Sequence record: SRR20825006_1712
Direction: 5' to 3' (one strand)
DNA: 52,122 bases
The stretch's first letter is position 1; each line of letters opens with the position of its first letter. Positions 38,689-48,316 of the stretch are shown one piece after another. A program made the translations under genes and the position numbers. A model generated the notes under the pieces. The model did not search any database. It was given only the letters and a program-made list of their open reading frames with translations, and was not told the DNA's origin.

Positions 38689-40743
38689 ATGGAAAATGAT
38701 CTGGCTGATAATTTAATTCACAGAGATTTAAACTGGCTCAGTTTTAATGCTCGTGTTTTACAAGAAGCTCAAGATAAAGAGAACAACCCGCTTTATGAGC
38801 GGATGAAATTTTTAGCCATTTATTCCTCAAATCTTGATGAATATTTTAGGGTACGTGTTAGTCAGCTTCGCCAGATGAAACGCGTTGAAAAAAGCATCAG
38901 AAAAAAGCTTGCGCTGAAGCCTAATAGAACCGTAAAACAAATTCTCGCGATAGTTAAGGAGCAACAAGAGGCTTTTGGTAAAATTTACAATGATGAGATT
39001 TTACCTGAACTTGCCAAGAACAATATTGTTTTGGTTCCTTCAGAGCAGTATACTAACATTCAGGCGCAATTGGCTAACATTTGGTTCATTGCACACATCA
39101 AGAATAATCTGGAAACCAAAGTCATTGATCCTTCAAAAGAAAAAGAGATTTTTCTTGAAAATCAGAACTTGTATCTATGCGTAACCTTTTCTGATTCAAA
39201 AAATATAGGTTTTGTAAAAATCCCAACACAAACTAACGATCGCTTTGTAGATCTAGGAAAAGTTGAAGGCACCTATCACATCACGTTTCTAGATGATATC
39301 ATTAGGTACGAAATTCATAATATCTTTAATTCTGAGACCATTGATGGTGTTTATGAGATCAAACTTTCTCGTGATGCCGAACTTTACATTGATGATGAAT
39401 TAGGCGGAATTTTAGCCGAACGTATTTATAAATCTTTAGAACAACGCCAGGAAGGACAACCCACACGGTTGCTCTATGATGCAGCAATGCCAAAACCGGT
39501 GGCAAAGCGCTTGCGCAAACTACTAAATTTAGGGAAGATCGATATGATGCCCGGCGGGCGCTATCACAACTTTAATGACTTTTTTAAATTCCCAGATCCT
39601 ACCAATAATCCTGAGCTGCATTACGAGAACAAAGCCTTTATAAAACACCGTACTCTCGAGAAAGCTCCGGACTTCTTCAAAGCAATTGCCGAAAAAGACC
39701 AACTCGTACACTTCCCGTTTATGAGTTTTAATTACGTAGAACGCTTTGTAGAGCAAGCCGCAGCAGATGATGCTGTGACGCATATTAAAATTTCGTTATA
39801 TCGCGTTGCTGATGAATCTGTTCTTACTTCGGCACTGCTGAAAGCCATCAAAAACGGGAAGAAAGTAACGATTTTCATTGAAGCCAAAGCGCGTTTTGAT
39901 GAAGAGAATAACATCACTTGGGGACGCAAATTTGAAGAACAAGGAGCCCGCGTAATCTATAGCTATCCGCGGATTAAAGTGCATTCAAAAATTTTGATGA
40001 TCATTCGTGAAGAGCAAGACAAACCGGTACGTTACGCTTACATCGGCACAGGAAATTTTAACGGTGAAACGTCTAAAATATACTGTGATCACGGTTTATT
40101 TACTGCGCATAAAAAAATCACTAAAGAGTTGGGCCGCGTTTTTAGAGTGCTTGAGGGAGAGCTAATTATTCCACGGAATAAACACCTCTTGATTTCTCCT
40201 TTTACGACGCGTAGAACTTTTGAGAAACTCATTCATAATGAGATCGAGGCCGCTCAAGCCGGTAAAAAGGCTCAGATCACTGCAAAAATGAACAGTCTTG
40301 AAGATCCAGATATGATTCAGCTGTTGTATAAAGCGAGTCAGGCCGGCGTACAAATCAGACTAATTGTACGTGGATTCACGTGCCTTATTCCGGGAGTTAA
40401 AGGCTTGAGTGAAAACATATATATGACTTCTATTGTTGACCGTTATTTAGAGCACGGTCGTATTTACCTGTTTTATAATGGTGGCGATGAGCAAATGTAT
40501 ATGGGCTCTGCCGACTGGATGACGCGCAATCTTGACCGTAGAATTGAGGTGCTTACTCCTATCTATGACAAAGACCTATTTGCTGAACTTAAAGATATTT
40601 TAGTGCTTCAACTGGCTGATAATGTCAAAGCCAGAATTCAAGATGAAGCAGAAAGTAATGTGTATGTAAAACAGAAATCTGGAGATAAGCGCATACGGTC
40701 ACAATATGAAATTTATGATTATCTCAAACTTAAAAATCACTAG
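38689..40743 (+). CDS. ppk1: Polyphosphate kinase 1
   Basis: RDLNWLSFNARVL, SSNLDEYF.VRV, ARFDEENN, KVHSK, LEHGR, SADWMTRNL. TATTTTTG at 38663-38670 supports ATG 38689. Confidence 0.95.
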   Translation: MENDLADNLIHRDLNWLSFNARVLQEAQDKENNPLYERMKFLAIYSSNLDEYFRVRVSQLRQMKRVEKSIRKKLALKPNRTVKQILAIVKEQQEAFGKIYNDEILPELAKNNIVLVPSEQYTNIQAQLANIWFIAHIKNNLETKVIDPSKEKEIFLENQNLYLCVTFSDSKNIGFVKIPTQTNDRFVDLGKVEGTYHITFLDDIIRYEIHNIFNSETIDGVYEIKLSRDAELYIDDELGGILAERIYKSLEQRQEGQPTRLLYDAAMPKPVAKRLRKLLNLGKIDMMPGGRYHNFNDFFKFPDPTNNPELHYENKAFIKHRTLEKAPDFFKAIAEKDQLVHFPFMSFNYVERFVEQAAADDAVTHIKISLYRVADESVLTSALLKAIKNGKKVTIFIEAKARFDEENNITWGRKFEEQGARVIYSYPRIKVHSKILMIIREEQDKPVRYAYIGTGNFNGETSKIYCDHGLFTAHKKITKELGRVFRVLEGELIIPRNKHLLISPFTTRRTFEKLIHNEIEAAQAGKKAQITAKMNSLEDPDMIQLLYKASQAGVQIRLIVRGFTCLIPGVKGLSENIYMTSIVDRYLEHGRIYLFYNGGDEQMYMGSADWMTRNLDRRIEVLTPIYDKDLFAELKDILVLQLADNVKARIQDEAESNVYVKQKSGDKRIRSQYEIYDYLKLKNH

Positions 40744-40744
40744 C

Positions 40745-41596
40745 ATGACCACGATACGTATTGGTGGAGTACCAGAACATTTTAATCTTCCTATTCATTT
40801 ATGTATTGAAGAAGGGCTTTTTGCCGAAAAAGAAATTCACGTAGAATGGGTTGAATTTCCGGGAGGAACCGGCGCTATGAACGCGGCTTTACGCAATGAT
40901 GAAATTGACCTTGCCATCATTCTCACCGAAGGGATTATCAAAGATATCGCAAACGGAAACCCGTCTAAAATCATTCAGAATTATGTTTCTAGTCCGTTGC
41001 GCTGGGGAGTTCACGTAGCTTCAAAAAGTGATTTTCACACCATCGCAGATCTTGAAGACAAGCGTCCTGCCATAAGCAGATATGGCTCCGGAAGTCACGT
41101 GATGGCTTACGTACAGGCCAATGAATTAGGTTGGGATACTTCAAAAATTGAATGTGTAGTCGTCAACAACATAGATACTGCAGTTGAGGCATTAGCTCAA
41201 AAAGATGCTGATTATTTTATGTGGGAACACTTCACGACTAAACCTTTAGTCGATAAGGGAATCTTTAGACGCGTAGGAGATTTCCCCACACCTTGGTCTA
41301 GTTTTGTGATTGCCGCCACCGATAAAGCCATTGAAGATCAATCAGAAATTTTGCGTATTGTCTTAGAAGTTATAAATGCAAAAACAAGTGTGTTTAAAGG
41401 CCTCAGCCGTATAGAAACGCAACTTGCTGAGCGGTACCAGCAAAATTTAGAAGACATTAAAAAGTGGTTATCGATAACGAGTTGGTCTCAAAATCAATTA
41501 GAAAATTCTGAGCGCGATTTGGTTTTGAAATACCTTAAAAAACTAGATATGGTCGATAAAACGTCTGATTCTCAACAATATTTAAAAAAGATTTAA
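40745..41596 (+). CDS. Type 2 periplasmic-binding-fold protein (SsuA/THI5-like) with no signal peptide
   Basis: GVPEHFN.P, PGGTG.M, LTEG, ISRYGSGSH.M, FMWEHFTTKP. ATG 40745 preferred. Confidence 0.8.
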   Translation: MTTIRIGGVPEHFNLPIHLCIEEGLFAEKEIHVEWVEFPGGTGAMNAALRNDEIDLAIILTEGIIKDIANGNPSKIIQNYVSSPLRWGVHVASKSDFHTIADLEDKRPAISRYGSGSHVMAYVQANELGWDTSKIECVVVNNIDTAVEALAQKDADYFMWEHFTTKPLVDKGIFRRVGDFPTPWSSFVIAATDKAIEDQSEILRIVLEVINAKTSVFKGLSRIETQLAERYQQNLEDIKKWLSITSWSQNQLENSERDLVLKYLKKLDMVDKTSDSQQYLKKI

Positions 41597-41684
41597 TATA
41601 AGTTTTATCTTTTTTTAGCGATTAGCTGGAAAAAAATGTACAATTTTACCCCCGAATTAATTGAGCAATCAAAATTTTTGAACT

Positions 41685-41846
41685 ATGGTTACATTTTTAA
41701 TTATTTTGGGTGCCCTGCTGATCATTAATGTTTTGTTATTCAAATTTAGTGTAGCAGGGGGTCCGGTGGCTGAAAAACCACGAAAGCATGTAACCCCTAA
41801 ACAAAAGGATTTAAGACAGCCTTTAGCTTTTAACAAAGCGTCTTAA
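41685..41846 (+). CDS. Small single-TM protein (53 aa), absent from the ORF track
   Basis: MVTFLIILGALLIINVLLFKFSVAGG...NKAS; followed by a terminator. Confidence 0.6.
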   Translation: MVTFLIILGALLIINVLLFKFSVAGGPVAEKPRKHVTPKQKDLRQPLAFNKAS

Positions 41847-41871
41847 TTTTGACCTCAAATCCAACATCTAG

Positions 41872-41902
41872 AAAAGCAGCTTTTTTGAAAGCTGCTTTTT
41901 TT
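41872..41902. terminator. Intrinsic terminator (bidirectional)
   Basis: AAAAGCAGCTTT-tttg-AAAGCTGCTTTT followed by a T tract. Confidence 0.85.
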
Positions 41903-41998
41903 ATTTGGCTCCGCCAAAGAAGCTAATCCTTAGGCTTACTTTGAAATTAAAATGGTATTCCTGCACACCAACTAGAGAACTCGCATCGAGATTGATCT

Positions 41999-42664
41999 CT
42001 ACCATTGTATAGGCACTAGACCTTGCTGCTGCAAAAGTGCATTTGTTTTGCTAAAATGCTGATTCCCGAACCAATACCCGCGGTTTGCACTTAAAGGTGA
42101 TGGGTGGCCGCTAGTAAGAATATGATGTTTTTGCTTGTTTACTTTTGCAGCCTTTTTCTTTGCAAAACCTCCCCAAAGTAAAAACACCACGTTTTCTTTT
42201 TGTTCTGAGATCAATTCAATTACTCGGTCTGTAAACTGCTCCCAGCCTTTGCCTTGATGAGATCCCGCTTGATGCGCACGCACGGTAAGCGTAGCATTAA
42301 GCAGCAAAACACCTTGCTCAGCCCAACGCTCCAGATTTCCGTTTGCAGGAGCACTTATGCTTAGATCTGTCTCAAGTTCCTTATAAATATTGATCAATGA
42401 CGGCGGTGGCGCAACTCCATTGGGCACCGAAAAGCAAAGTCCGTGCGCCTGGCCCGGACCGTGATAGGGATCCTGACCTATAATGACCACTTTAAGATCA
42501 TCAAAACTACACAGATCAAAAGCTTTAAAAATATCTTTCCCTTTAGGATAACACGTATGCTGTGTATACTCAGTTTTTACAAAGTCTACCAAATCCTTAA
42601 AATACGGTTTATCAAATTCTTCAGCTAAAAGTGCTTTCCAGCTTGGGTGTATGTCAACGTTCAT
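41999..42664 (-). CDS. ung: Uracil-DNA glycosylase family 1
   Basis: GQDPYH, PPSL.NI, GVLLLN, HPSPLS. Confidence 0.97.
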   Translation of the reverse strand: MNVDIHPSWKALLAEEFDKPYFKDLVDFVKTEYTQHTCYPKGKDIFKAFDLCSFDDLKVVIIGQDPYHGPGQAHGLCFSVPNGVAPPPSLINIYKELETDLSISAPANGNLERWAEQGVLLLNATLTVRAHQAGSHQGKGWEQFTDRVIELISEQKENVVFLLWGGFAKKKAAKVNKQKHHILTSGHPSPLSANRGYWFGNQHFSKTNALLQQQGLVPIQW

Positions 42665-42837
42665 GAAAATCTTAAATTTGCAGTAAAAGTCGGTAAAGGA
42701 GCTTTAGAACCAAAGCAGAATACTCATTAAATACAAGAGGGCTGCTTAAAGACTAGTGAACATGGTGTTCTACACACTCTTTTCCATTTTTAATTTGTAA
42801 AAAAGCTAATTAAGCTCTTAAGCCTTGACGGCAGACT

Positions 42838-45015
42838 ATGATAAAGATCCATCCTAAAACCCTTTCAGATTTAGAATTCCACACGGTTTGTGCGCAATTG
42901 AGTGCGCTTTGCATCACCGATATGGGCAAAGTAAAAGCCTTAAAACTGGCACCTCAGCGCAATTATAGAAAGACATTATTTGTTCTTGATCAAACCCAAG
43001 AATACATTAACGCTGATACGCACGAAACGCCCATTCCTAATCATGGTTTTGATGCGCTTGATCACGAACTCAAGATGCTGGGGATAGAAGATACGGTGCT
43101 TGAGGTGGGTAGTTTTAGAAAAATAGGTAGCCTTTCAGAAACGGTAAATACACACTTAAGATACTTTAGAAAATTTCAGGAAACATTTCCAGTGCTGCAT
43201 CAAACCGTTCGCGATACTGAATATACCACTGCCTTGACCGATGAGATCAACACCATCGTTGATCGCTATGGCGAAATTAAAGATGATGCCTCACCGGTAC
43301 TTTTACAAACCAGAAGAGCCATCAATGAGGTAAAGGGTAAAATCAACAGCAGCTTTGCTTCGGCGCTATCGCGCTACGCCTCTTATGGTTATCTAGATGA
43401 AATACGCGAGTCAATTGTAGATAACGTACGTGTTCTGGCGGTTTCTGCAATGCACAGACGCAAGGTAAAAGGTTCAATTCTCGGGAATTCAAAAACCGGA
43501 AGCATTGTTTACATTCAGCCGGAAGCAACCCAGTCTCACCAGCGCGAACTCAACAATTTGTTGTATGATGAGCAGGAAGAGGTTAAACGCATTTTAAAAG
43601 CACTCACAGATTTTGTGCGGCCTTTTAGTCCGTTATTAAAAGAGTATCAAAAGCTGCTGAGTACAATAGACGTCATTGCAGCAAAAGCAAAGTACGCCAA
43701 GAAGCTTGACGCGGTGCTGCCAAAAATCACTAAAGATCGCGAACTAGAGATTAAAGAGGCCTATCACCCACTCTTGCTTTTAAACAACAGAAAACGCGGG
43801 GAGAAAACCTATCCGCAGGATATCAAACTGGATGCAGACAATCGTATCATTGTCATCAGCGGCCCCAATGCCGGCGGAAAGAGTATTACTTTAAAAACCG
43901 TGGGCTTGCTTCAAGTGATGCTCCAAAGTGGGCTCTTGATTCCTGTACACGAATACTCTCGTTTTTGCCTTTTTGACAAAATTCTTACGGATATTGGGGA
44001 CAATCAAAGTATAGAGAATCACTTGAGTACCTATAGTTACCGTCTGAAAAATATGAACTATTTTCTGCGGAAATGTGACGATAAGACCTTATTTCTTATT
44101 GATGAATTTGGTACCGGTAGTGATCCTGAATTGGGTGGTGCTTTAGCCGAAACCTTTCTCGAAGTATTTTACGAGCGCAACAGCTATGGAATTATCACAA
44201 CCCATTATGCCAATTTAAAGATGATGGCAAACGAGACCGAAGCGATCACCAATGCCAATATGCTTTTTGACTCACGCACGCTTGAACCGCTTTATAAATT
44301 ATATGTAGGTGAAGCCGGAAGCTCGTTTACTTTTGAAGTGGCACAGAAAAATGGGATTCCCTATTCGCTGATCAACCGCTCTAAAAAGAAAGTAGAACGG
44401 GGAAAAATACGTTTTGATAAAAGTATAGCCAACTTGCAAAAAGAACGCAGCAAGCTAGCCAAAACCACTACTTCTTTAAAAACTAAAGAGCAAGAAGCGG
44501 CAAAACAACAGCAAGAGCTGAATAAAACCAATGCTCGCATTCAGGAGAAGTTAGAAAGCTATCAAGAGCTTTACGACAGTAACCAGCGTTTGATCTATTT
44601 GGGTCAAAAACTAGATGATCTGAGCGAGAAGTTTTTCAGCAATAAGAATAAAAAATTGCTTCTAGACGAACTTTACAAAGTGGTTCAGATTGAGAATTCA
44701 AAACGGCAAAGGCAGAATGCAAAACAAAAACGCGCTCAGAAGGCTAAGGAGCGTCGCATTCAGCAAGAAGCTGAAAAGAAGGTTGAAGTAATCCGTCAAA
44801 AGAAGAAGGAGGAAAAACAGAAAGAAATTCAGATTGAAAAAGCAAAACCTAAAGTAAGCCTGCAAGTTGGCGATCAAGTACGCCTGCCAGACGGTAGAGC
44901 TGTAGGCAGTATCGACAAAATTGAAAAAGGCAAAGCAACCGTAGATTATGGTATGTTTACTACCCAAGTGGACGTTGACACGCTTGAATTTGTTAAAAGA
45001 CCTAAAGCAAAATAA
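42838..45015 (+). CDS. mutS2: MutS2-family ATPase (no C-terminal Smr domain)
   Basis: SKTGSIVYIQP, SGPNAGGKS, DIGDNQSIEN.LSTYS, DEFGTGSDP, TTHY; coiled coil; C-terminal KOW-like segment. Confidence 0.9.
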   Translation: MIKIHPKTLSDLEFHTVCAQLSALCITDMGKVKALKLAPQRNYRKTLFVLDQTQEYINADTHETPIPNHGFDALDHELKMLGIEDTVLEVGSFRKIGSLSETVNTHLRYFRKFQETFPVLHQTVRDTEYTTALTDEINTIVDRYGEIKDDASPVLLQTRRAINEVKGKINSSFASALSRYASYGYLDEIRESIVDNVRVLAVSAMHRRKVKGSILGNSKTGSIVYIQPEATQSHQRELNNLLYDEQEEVKRILKALTDFVRPFSPLLKEYQKLLSTIDVIAAKAKYAKKLDAVLPKITKDRELEIKEAYHPLLLLNNRKRGEKTYPQDIKLDADNRIIVISGPNAGGKSITLKTVGLLQVMLQSGLLIPVHEYSRFCLFDKILTDIGDNQSIENHLSTYSYRLKNMNYFLRKCDDKTLFLIDEFGTGSDPELGGALAETFLEVFYERNSYGIITTHYANLKMMANETEAITNANMLFDSRTLEPLYKLYVGEAGSSFTFEVAQKNGIPYSLINRSKKKVERGKIRFDKSIANLQKERSKLAKTTTSLKTKEQEAAKQQQELNKTNARIQEKLESYQELYDSNQRLIYLGQKLDDLSEKFFSNKNKKLLLDELYKVVQIENSKRQRQNAKQKRAQKAKERRIQQEAEKKVEVIRQKKKEEKQKEIQIEKAKPKVSLQVGDQVRLPDGRAVGSIDKIEKGKATVDYGMFTTQVDVDTLEFVKRPKAK

Positions 45016-45185
45016 TGAATCGTGGGTTAGCTAAATCATTACTATTTCTAGGAGCCTTATTACTGGTTCTCAATATACTTTTTACTACTAGCTTTACAGA
45101 TATTGGTTTTATTTTACGTGTTACCGCTAACCTATTGTTGGTCTTGGCAATGATTCAAGTGCTTTATTTTAATAAACAACGGTAG
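45015..45185 (+). CDS. Small two-TM membrane protein (56 aa), absent from the ORF track
   Basis: TAATG coupling to mutS2; MNRGLAKSLLFLGALLLVLNILF...VLYFNKQR; ends 2 nt before the next ATG. Confidence 0.7.
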   Translation: MNRGLAKSLLFLGALLLVLNILFTTSFTDIGFILRVTANLLLVLAMIQVLYFNKQR

Positions 45186-45187
45186 CT

Positions 45188-45586
45188 ATGAAAGGTAAAA
45201 TCATTCTGTTTGACGGGGTATGTAATTTATGTAACGGCGCTATCAATTTTATCATCAAGCACGATCCTAAAGGTATTTTCAAATTTGCTTCGCTACAAGG
45301 AGAGACCGGTAAACAACTGCTTGCACAACACAACATAGATCCGCAGGAGACTGATTCTATTGTATTAATCGATAACGATCAGGTTTCTGTGAAGTCTTCG
45401 GCGGCATTGCGCATTGCAAAAAATCTCAATCAGGGTTATCCATTACTTTTTGGTTTTATGATCATCCCAACCTTTATTAGAAATAGCGTGTATGATTTTA
45501 TTGCTGCAAACCGCTACAAGTGGTTTGGCAAAAAAGAAAGTTGTATGCTTCCAACTCCCGAGTTGCGCTCTCGCTTTCTAGATTAA
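45188..45586 (+). CDS. DCC-family thiol-disulfide oxidoreductase (DUF393)
   Basis: FDGVCNLC, FASLQ, YDFIA.NRY.WFG...C..P. Confidence 0.92.
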   Translation: MKGKIILFDGVCNLCNGAINFIIKHDPKGIFKFASLQGETGKQLLAQHNIDPQETDSIVLIDNDQVSVKSSAALRIAKNLNQGYPLLFGFMIIPTFIRNSVYDFIAANRYKWFGKKESCMLPTPELRSRFLD

Positions 45587-45737
45587 ATAATTGCTATGAA
45601 TAATACTATTGGCGCTTAGCTTAAACTTTTCTCTTATATTTAAGCTAATTTGATTTAGGTCAATTCAATTTAAAAACTGCTCACAACGCGATCAATGACT
45701 AAGCCATTGCACTTGATGATCGTTTAATATATCGTTT

Positions 45738-47651
45738 ATGAAAAAATACTACGCGATTGCCTTTATCGCCCTGCTCTGCTCAAATCTTCTTAGCGCCTCA
45801 GAAAAACCGCTGATCGCTCAAAACTCTAAAATTGAAAAAGTCACTGTGTTTTTGCAAGGCGCAACTATTGAACGTAGTGCTTCGGTACAATTGAAAACAG
45901 GTGTTAACGAACTCGTTTTTGACAATCTATCCCCAGATATTATTGAAAACAGTATTCAGCTGAGAGGCCTTAAAGACGCCAGTATTTTGTCTATTGCTTT
46001 TAATCTGGATTATCTGGATAAAAAAAATGTTTCCGCAGAATATGAATCGCTAGAAACCAGATTAGACGAACTTCTTTTTGAAAGGAATGCTATTCAAAGT
46101 ACGATTGAAGGTTACGAGCGTGAGCTCAAATTGCTTTCAGAAAACCAGCGTATCAATAGCGATAACACTGATTTATCCTTAGAAAAAATCAAACAAATAA
46201 GTACCTACTATCGGCAACGCAGCACCGAAATTCAGAATACGATTTACAAACAAAAAAGAGCACTGCAAGACTTGGAACGCGATATTAATGATCATCGCCA
46301 GCAAATGAATAATCTTGAAGATTCTCGTAAAGAAATGCGCGGCGAGATCACCGTAAAACTTCAAGCAGAAAGCGCTTCTTATCTAAATATGGAGCTCTCT
46401 TATAATATTGAGAATGCAGGCTGGTTTCCATTTTATGATATTCGCGCCAACAATACGGCAGACCCCATTGAACTCAATTATAAAGCTAGTGTTTACCAGC
46501 AAAGCGGCATAGATTGGGACGACGTGAATCTCGTGTTGTCTACAGGTGACCCAAATACTAATAACCTCAAACCCGACTTGCAACCTAAATACCTCAATTT
46601 CGTTAATAGAAATTACAAGCGCTCAAGCGCGGTAAGCCGAAGTAATTTTAAACACAATCCTACAGTAAGAAGTGTTTCTGGTATCGTTACCGACGATTCA
46701 GGTGCGCCGCTTCCGGGAGTTAATATTGCTCAAACCGGTTCGACTAATGGTACAACTAGTGATTTTGATGGAAAGTATCGAATTGCCATAAACAATTCTG
46801 GAGGTAATGAATTAAGGTATTCTTATGTGGGATTTGAAACCCAATCGATCCCGGTTTATGCATCGATGATGAATGTGCGATTAGAAGCAAATCAGGAAGT
46901 TTTAGAGGAAGTTGCTATAGTTGGCTATGAGACGACAGATGTATCAAGAGCCTTGGCAGGTAAAGCTGCTGGGATTAATATTAGAGGTTCAAATTCTGTG
47001 GCTCCTGCTTCTTACAATGAAAATGTTCAGGCCAAGGAAGAAAGTTTAACAAACACTCGTTTTGAAATCAAAAAGCGCTATACGATCGTTTCTAATTCAG
47101 ACATCACGACTATAGAGATTGATGCGTTCAACCTTCCCGCAAACTATCAACATTACGCGGCACCAGAGCTCAATGAGAATGTGTTTTTAACCGCAACCGT
47201 GACTGATTGGGAGCGCTATGATCTGCTGCAAGGCGAAGCCAATATTTATTTTGAAGGAAGCTACGCAGGCAAAACCGCTATCAGTCCGTTGGCTACAACA
47301 GACAGTCTTGAAATCTCTCTGGGCATCGATCCTAACATTATTGTCAAACGCGAGAAAAAAGACAATTTTAAAAGCAAATCTTTGTTAGGCGGCACTCGCG
47401 TGGTTACAAACGCTTATGAAATTTCGGTGCGTAATTCTAAAAGCTCAACGATTAACTTGCTCCTAGAAGATCGCATACCTGTTTCTCAAAATAAGGAGAT
47501 TAAAATCTCTGACCAAGAAACTGCTGATGCTGATTATGATGAACAAACAGGAATTCTTAAATGGAAATTAGAATTGGCTCCTAAAGCTTCAGCAACTAAA
47601 AATTTCTCGTACGAAGTGCGCTATCCTAAAGACCGCTATATAAACTTATAA
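45738..47651 (+). CDS. DUF4140/DUF4139 (MuiA-like) exported protein with inserted carboxypeptidase-regulatory-like domain
   Basis: VTVFLQGA.I.R, AGW.P.YDIR, Q.SG.DW.DV.L.LSTG, LG.DP.I.VKR; internal PLPGVNI...GT.SDFDG.Y...SYVGF. Confidence 0.8.
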   Translation: MKKYYAIAFIALLCSNLLSASEKPLIAQNSKIEKVTVFLQGATIERSASVQLKTGVNELVFDNLSPDIIENSIQLRGLKDASILSIAFNLDYLDKKNVSAEYESLETRLDELLFERNAIQSTIEGYERELKLLSENQRINSDNTDLSLEKIKQISTYYRQRSTEIQNTIYKQKRALQDLERDINDHRQQMNNLEDSRKEMRGEITVKLQAESASYLNMELSYNIENAGWFPFYDIRANNTADPIELNYKASVYQQSGIDWDDVNLVLSTGDPNTNNLKPDLQPKYLNFVNRNYKRSSAVSRSNFKHNPTVRSVSGIVTDDSGAPLPGVNIAQTGSTNGTTSDFDGKYRIAINNSGGNELRYSYVGFETQSIPVYASMMNVRLEANQEVLEEVAIVGYETTDVSRALAGKAAGINIRGSNSVAPASYNENVQAKEESLTNTRFEIKKRYTIVSNSDITTIEIDAFNLPANYQHYAAPELNENVFLTATVTDWERYDLLQGEANIYFEGSYAGKTAISPLATTDSLEISLGIDPNIIVKREKKDNFKSKSLLGGTRVVTNAYEISVRNSKSSTINLLLEDRIPVSQNKEIKISDQETADADYDEQTGILKWKLELAPKASATKNFSYEVRYPKDRYINL

Positions 47652-47653
47652 TT

Positions 47654-48316
47654 ATGACGCAACCCCGACTACTTATTTTTGATGTTAATGAAACGCTTTT
47701 AGATCTAAAACCCTTAGCACGCCGAATCAATGCTGTATTAAGCGATGAGCATGCTTTTGAGCTTTGGTTTAGTACGCTGTTGCACTATTCTTTAGTGGAA
47801 ACGGTAAGTGGAAAACATCAAGATTTTAGTAAGATCGCTAAAGCCACGTTTAAAATGACAGCGGCCAAATACAAAAAAGTGCTGGCGGAAGAAGAAATAG
47901 ATACCATTCTGGGTTTGATTACGCAACTTCCTGCTCACAGAGATGTTCCTAAAGCTTTAGCCAAGCTGAAGAATAAATACACTTTAGTGGCCTTAACTAA
48001 CGGAAACAGTCAGGTTGCAAAAGAACAATTGAATTTTTCCGAAATAGCACCATTTTTTGATCGCATTTTTAGCGTAGATGAAGCCGAAGCTTTTAAACCG
48101 AATGCAAAACCATATCAATTTGTGCTCAGCGAGATGCAAGTTGATGCCGCAAATGCTATGTTGGTTGCAGCCCACGGTTGGGATATCACCGGTGCACAAC
48201 GCGCCGGACTTCAAACCAGCTTTATTGCTCGTGAAGGAAAATTCAAATATCCACTTGCAGAACAGCCCACTTACGATTGCAAGGATTTAAATGAGTTAGT
48301 TGAACGTTTGACCTGA
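47654..48316 (+). CDS. Haloacid dehalogenase type II
   Basis: FDVNETLLD, LTNG, FKP, VAAHGWD..GA. Confidence 0.88.
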   Translation: MTQPRLLIFDVNETLLDLKPLARRINAVLSDEHAFELWFSTLLHYSLVETVSGKHQDFSKIAKATFKMTAAKYKKVLAEEEIDTILGLITQLPAHRDVPKALAKLKNKYTLVALTNGNSQVAKEQLNFSEIAPFFDRIFSVDEAEAFKPNAKPYQFVLSEMQVDAANAMLVAAHGWDITGAQRAGLQTSFIAREGKFKYPLAEQPTYDCKDLNELVERLT

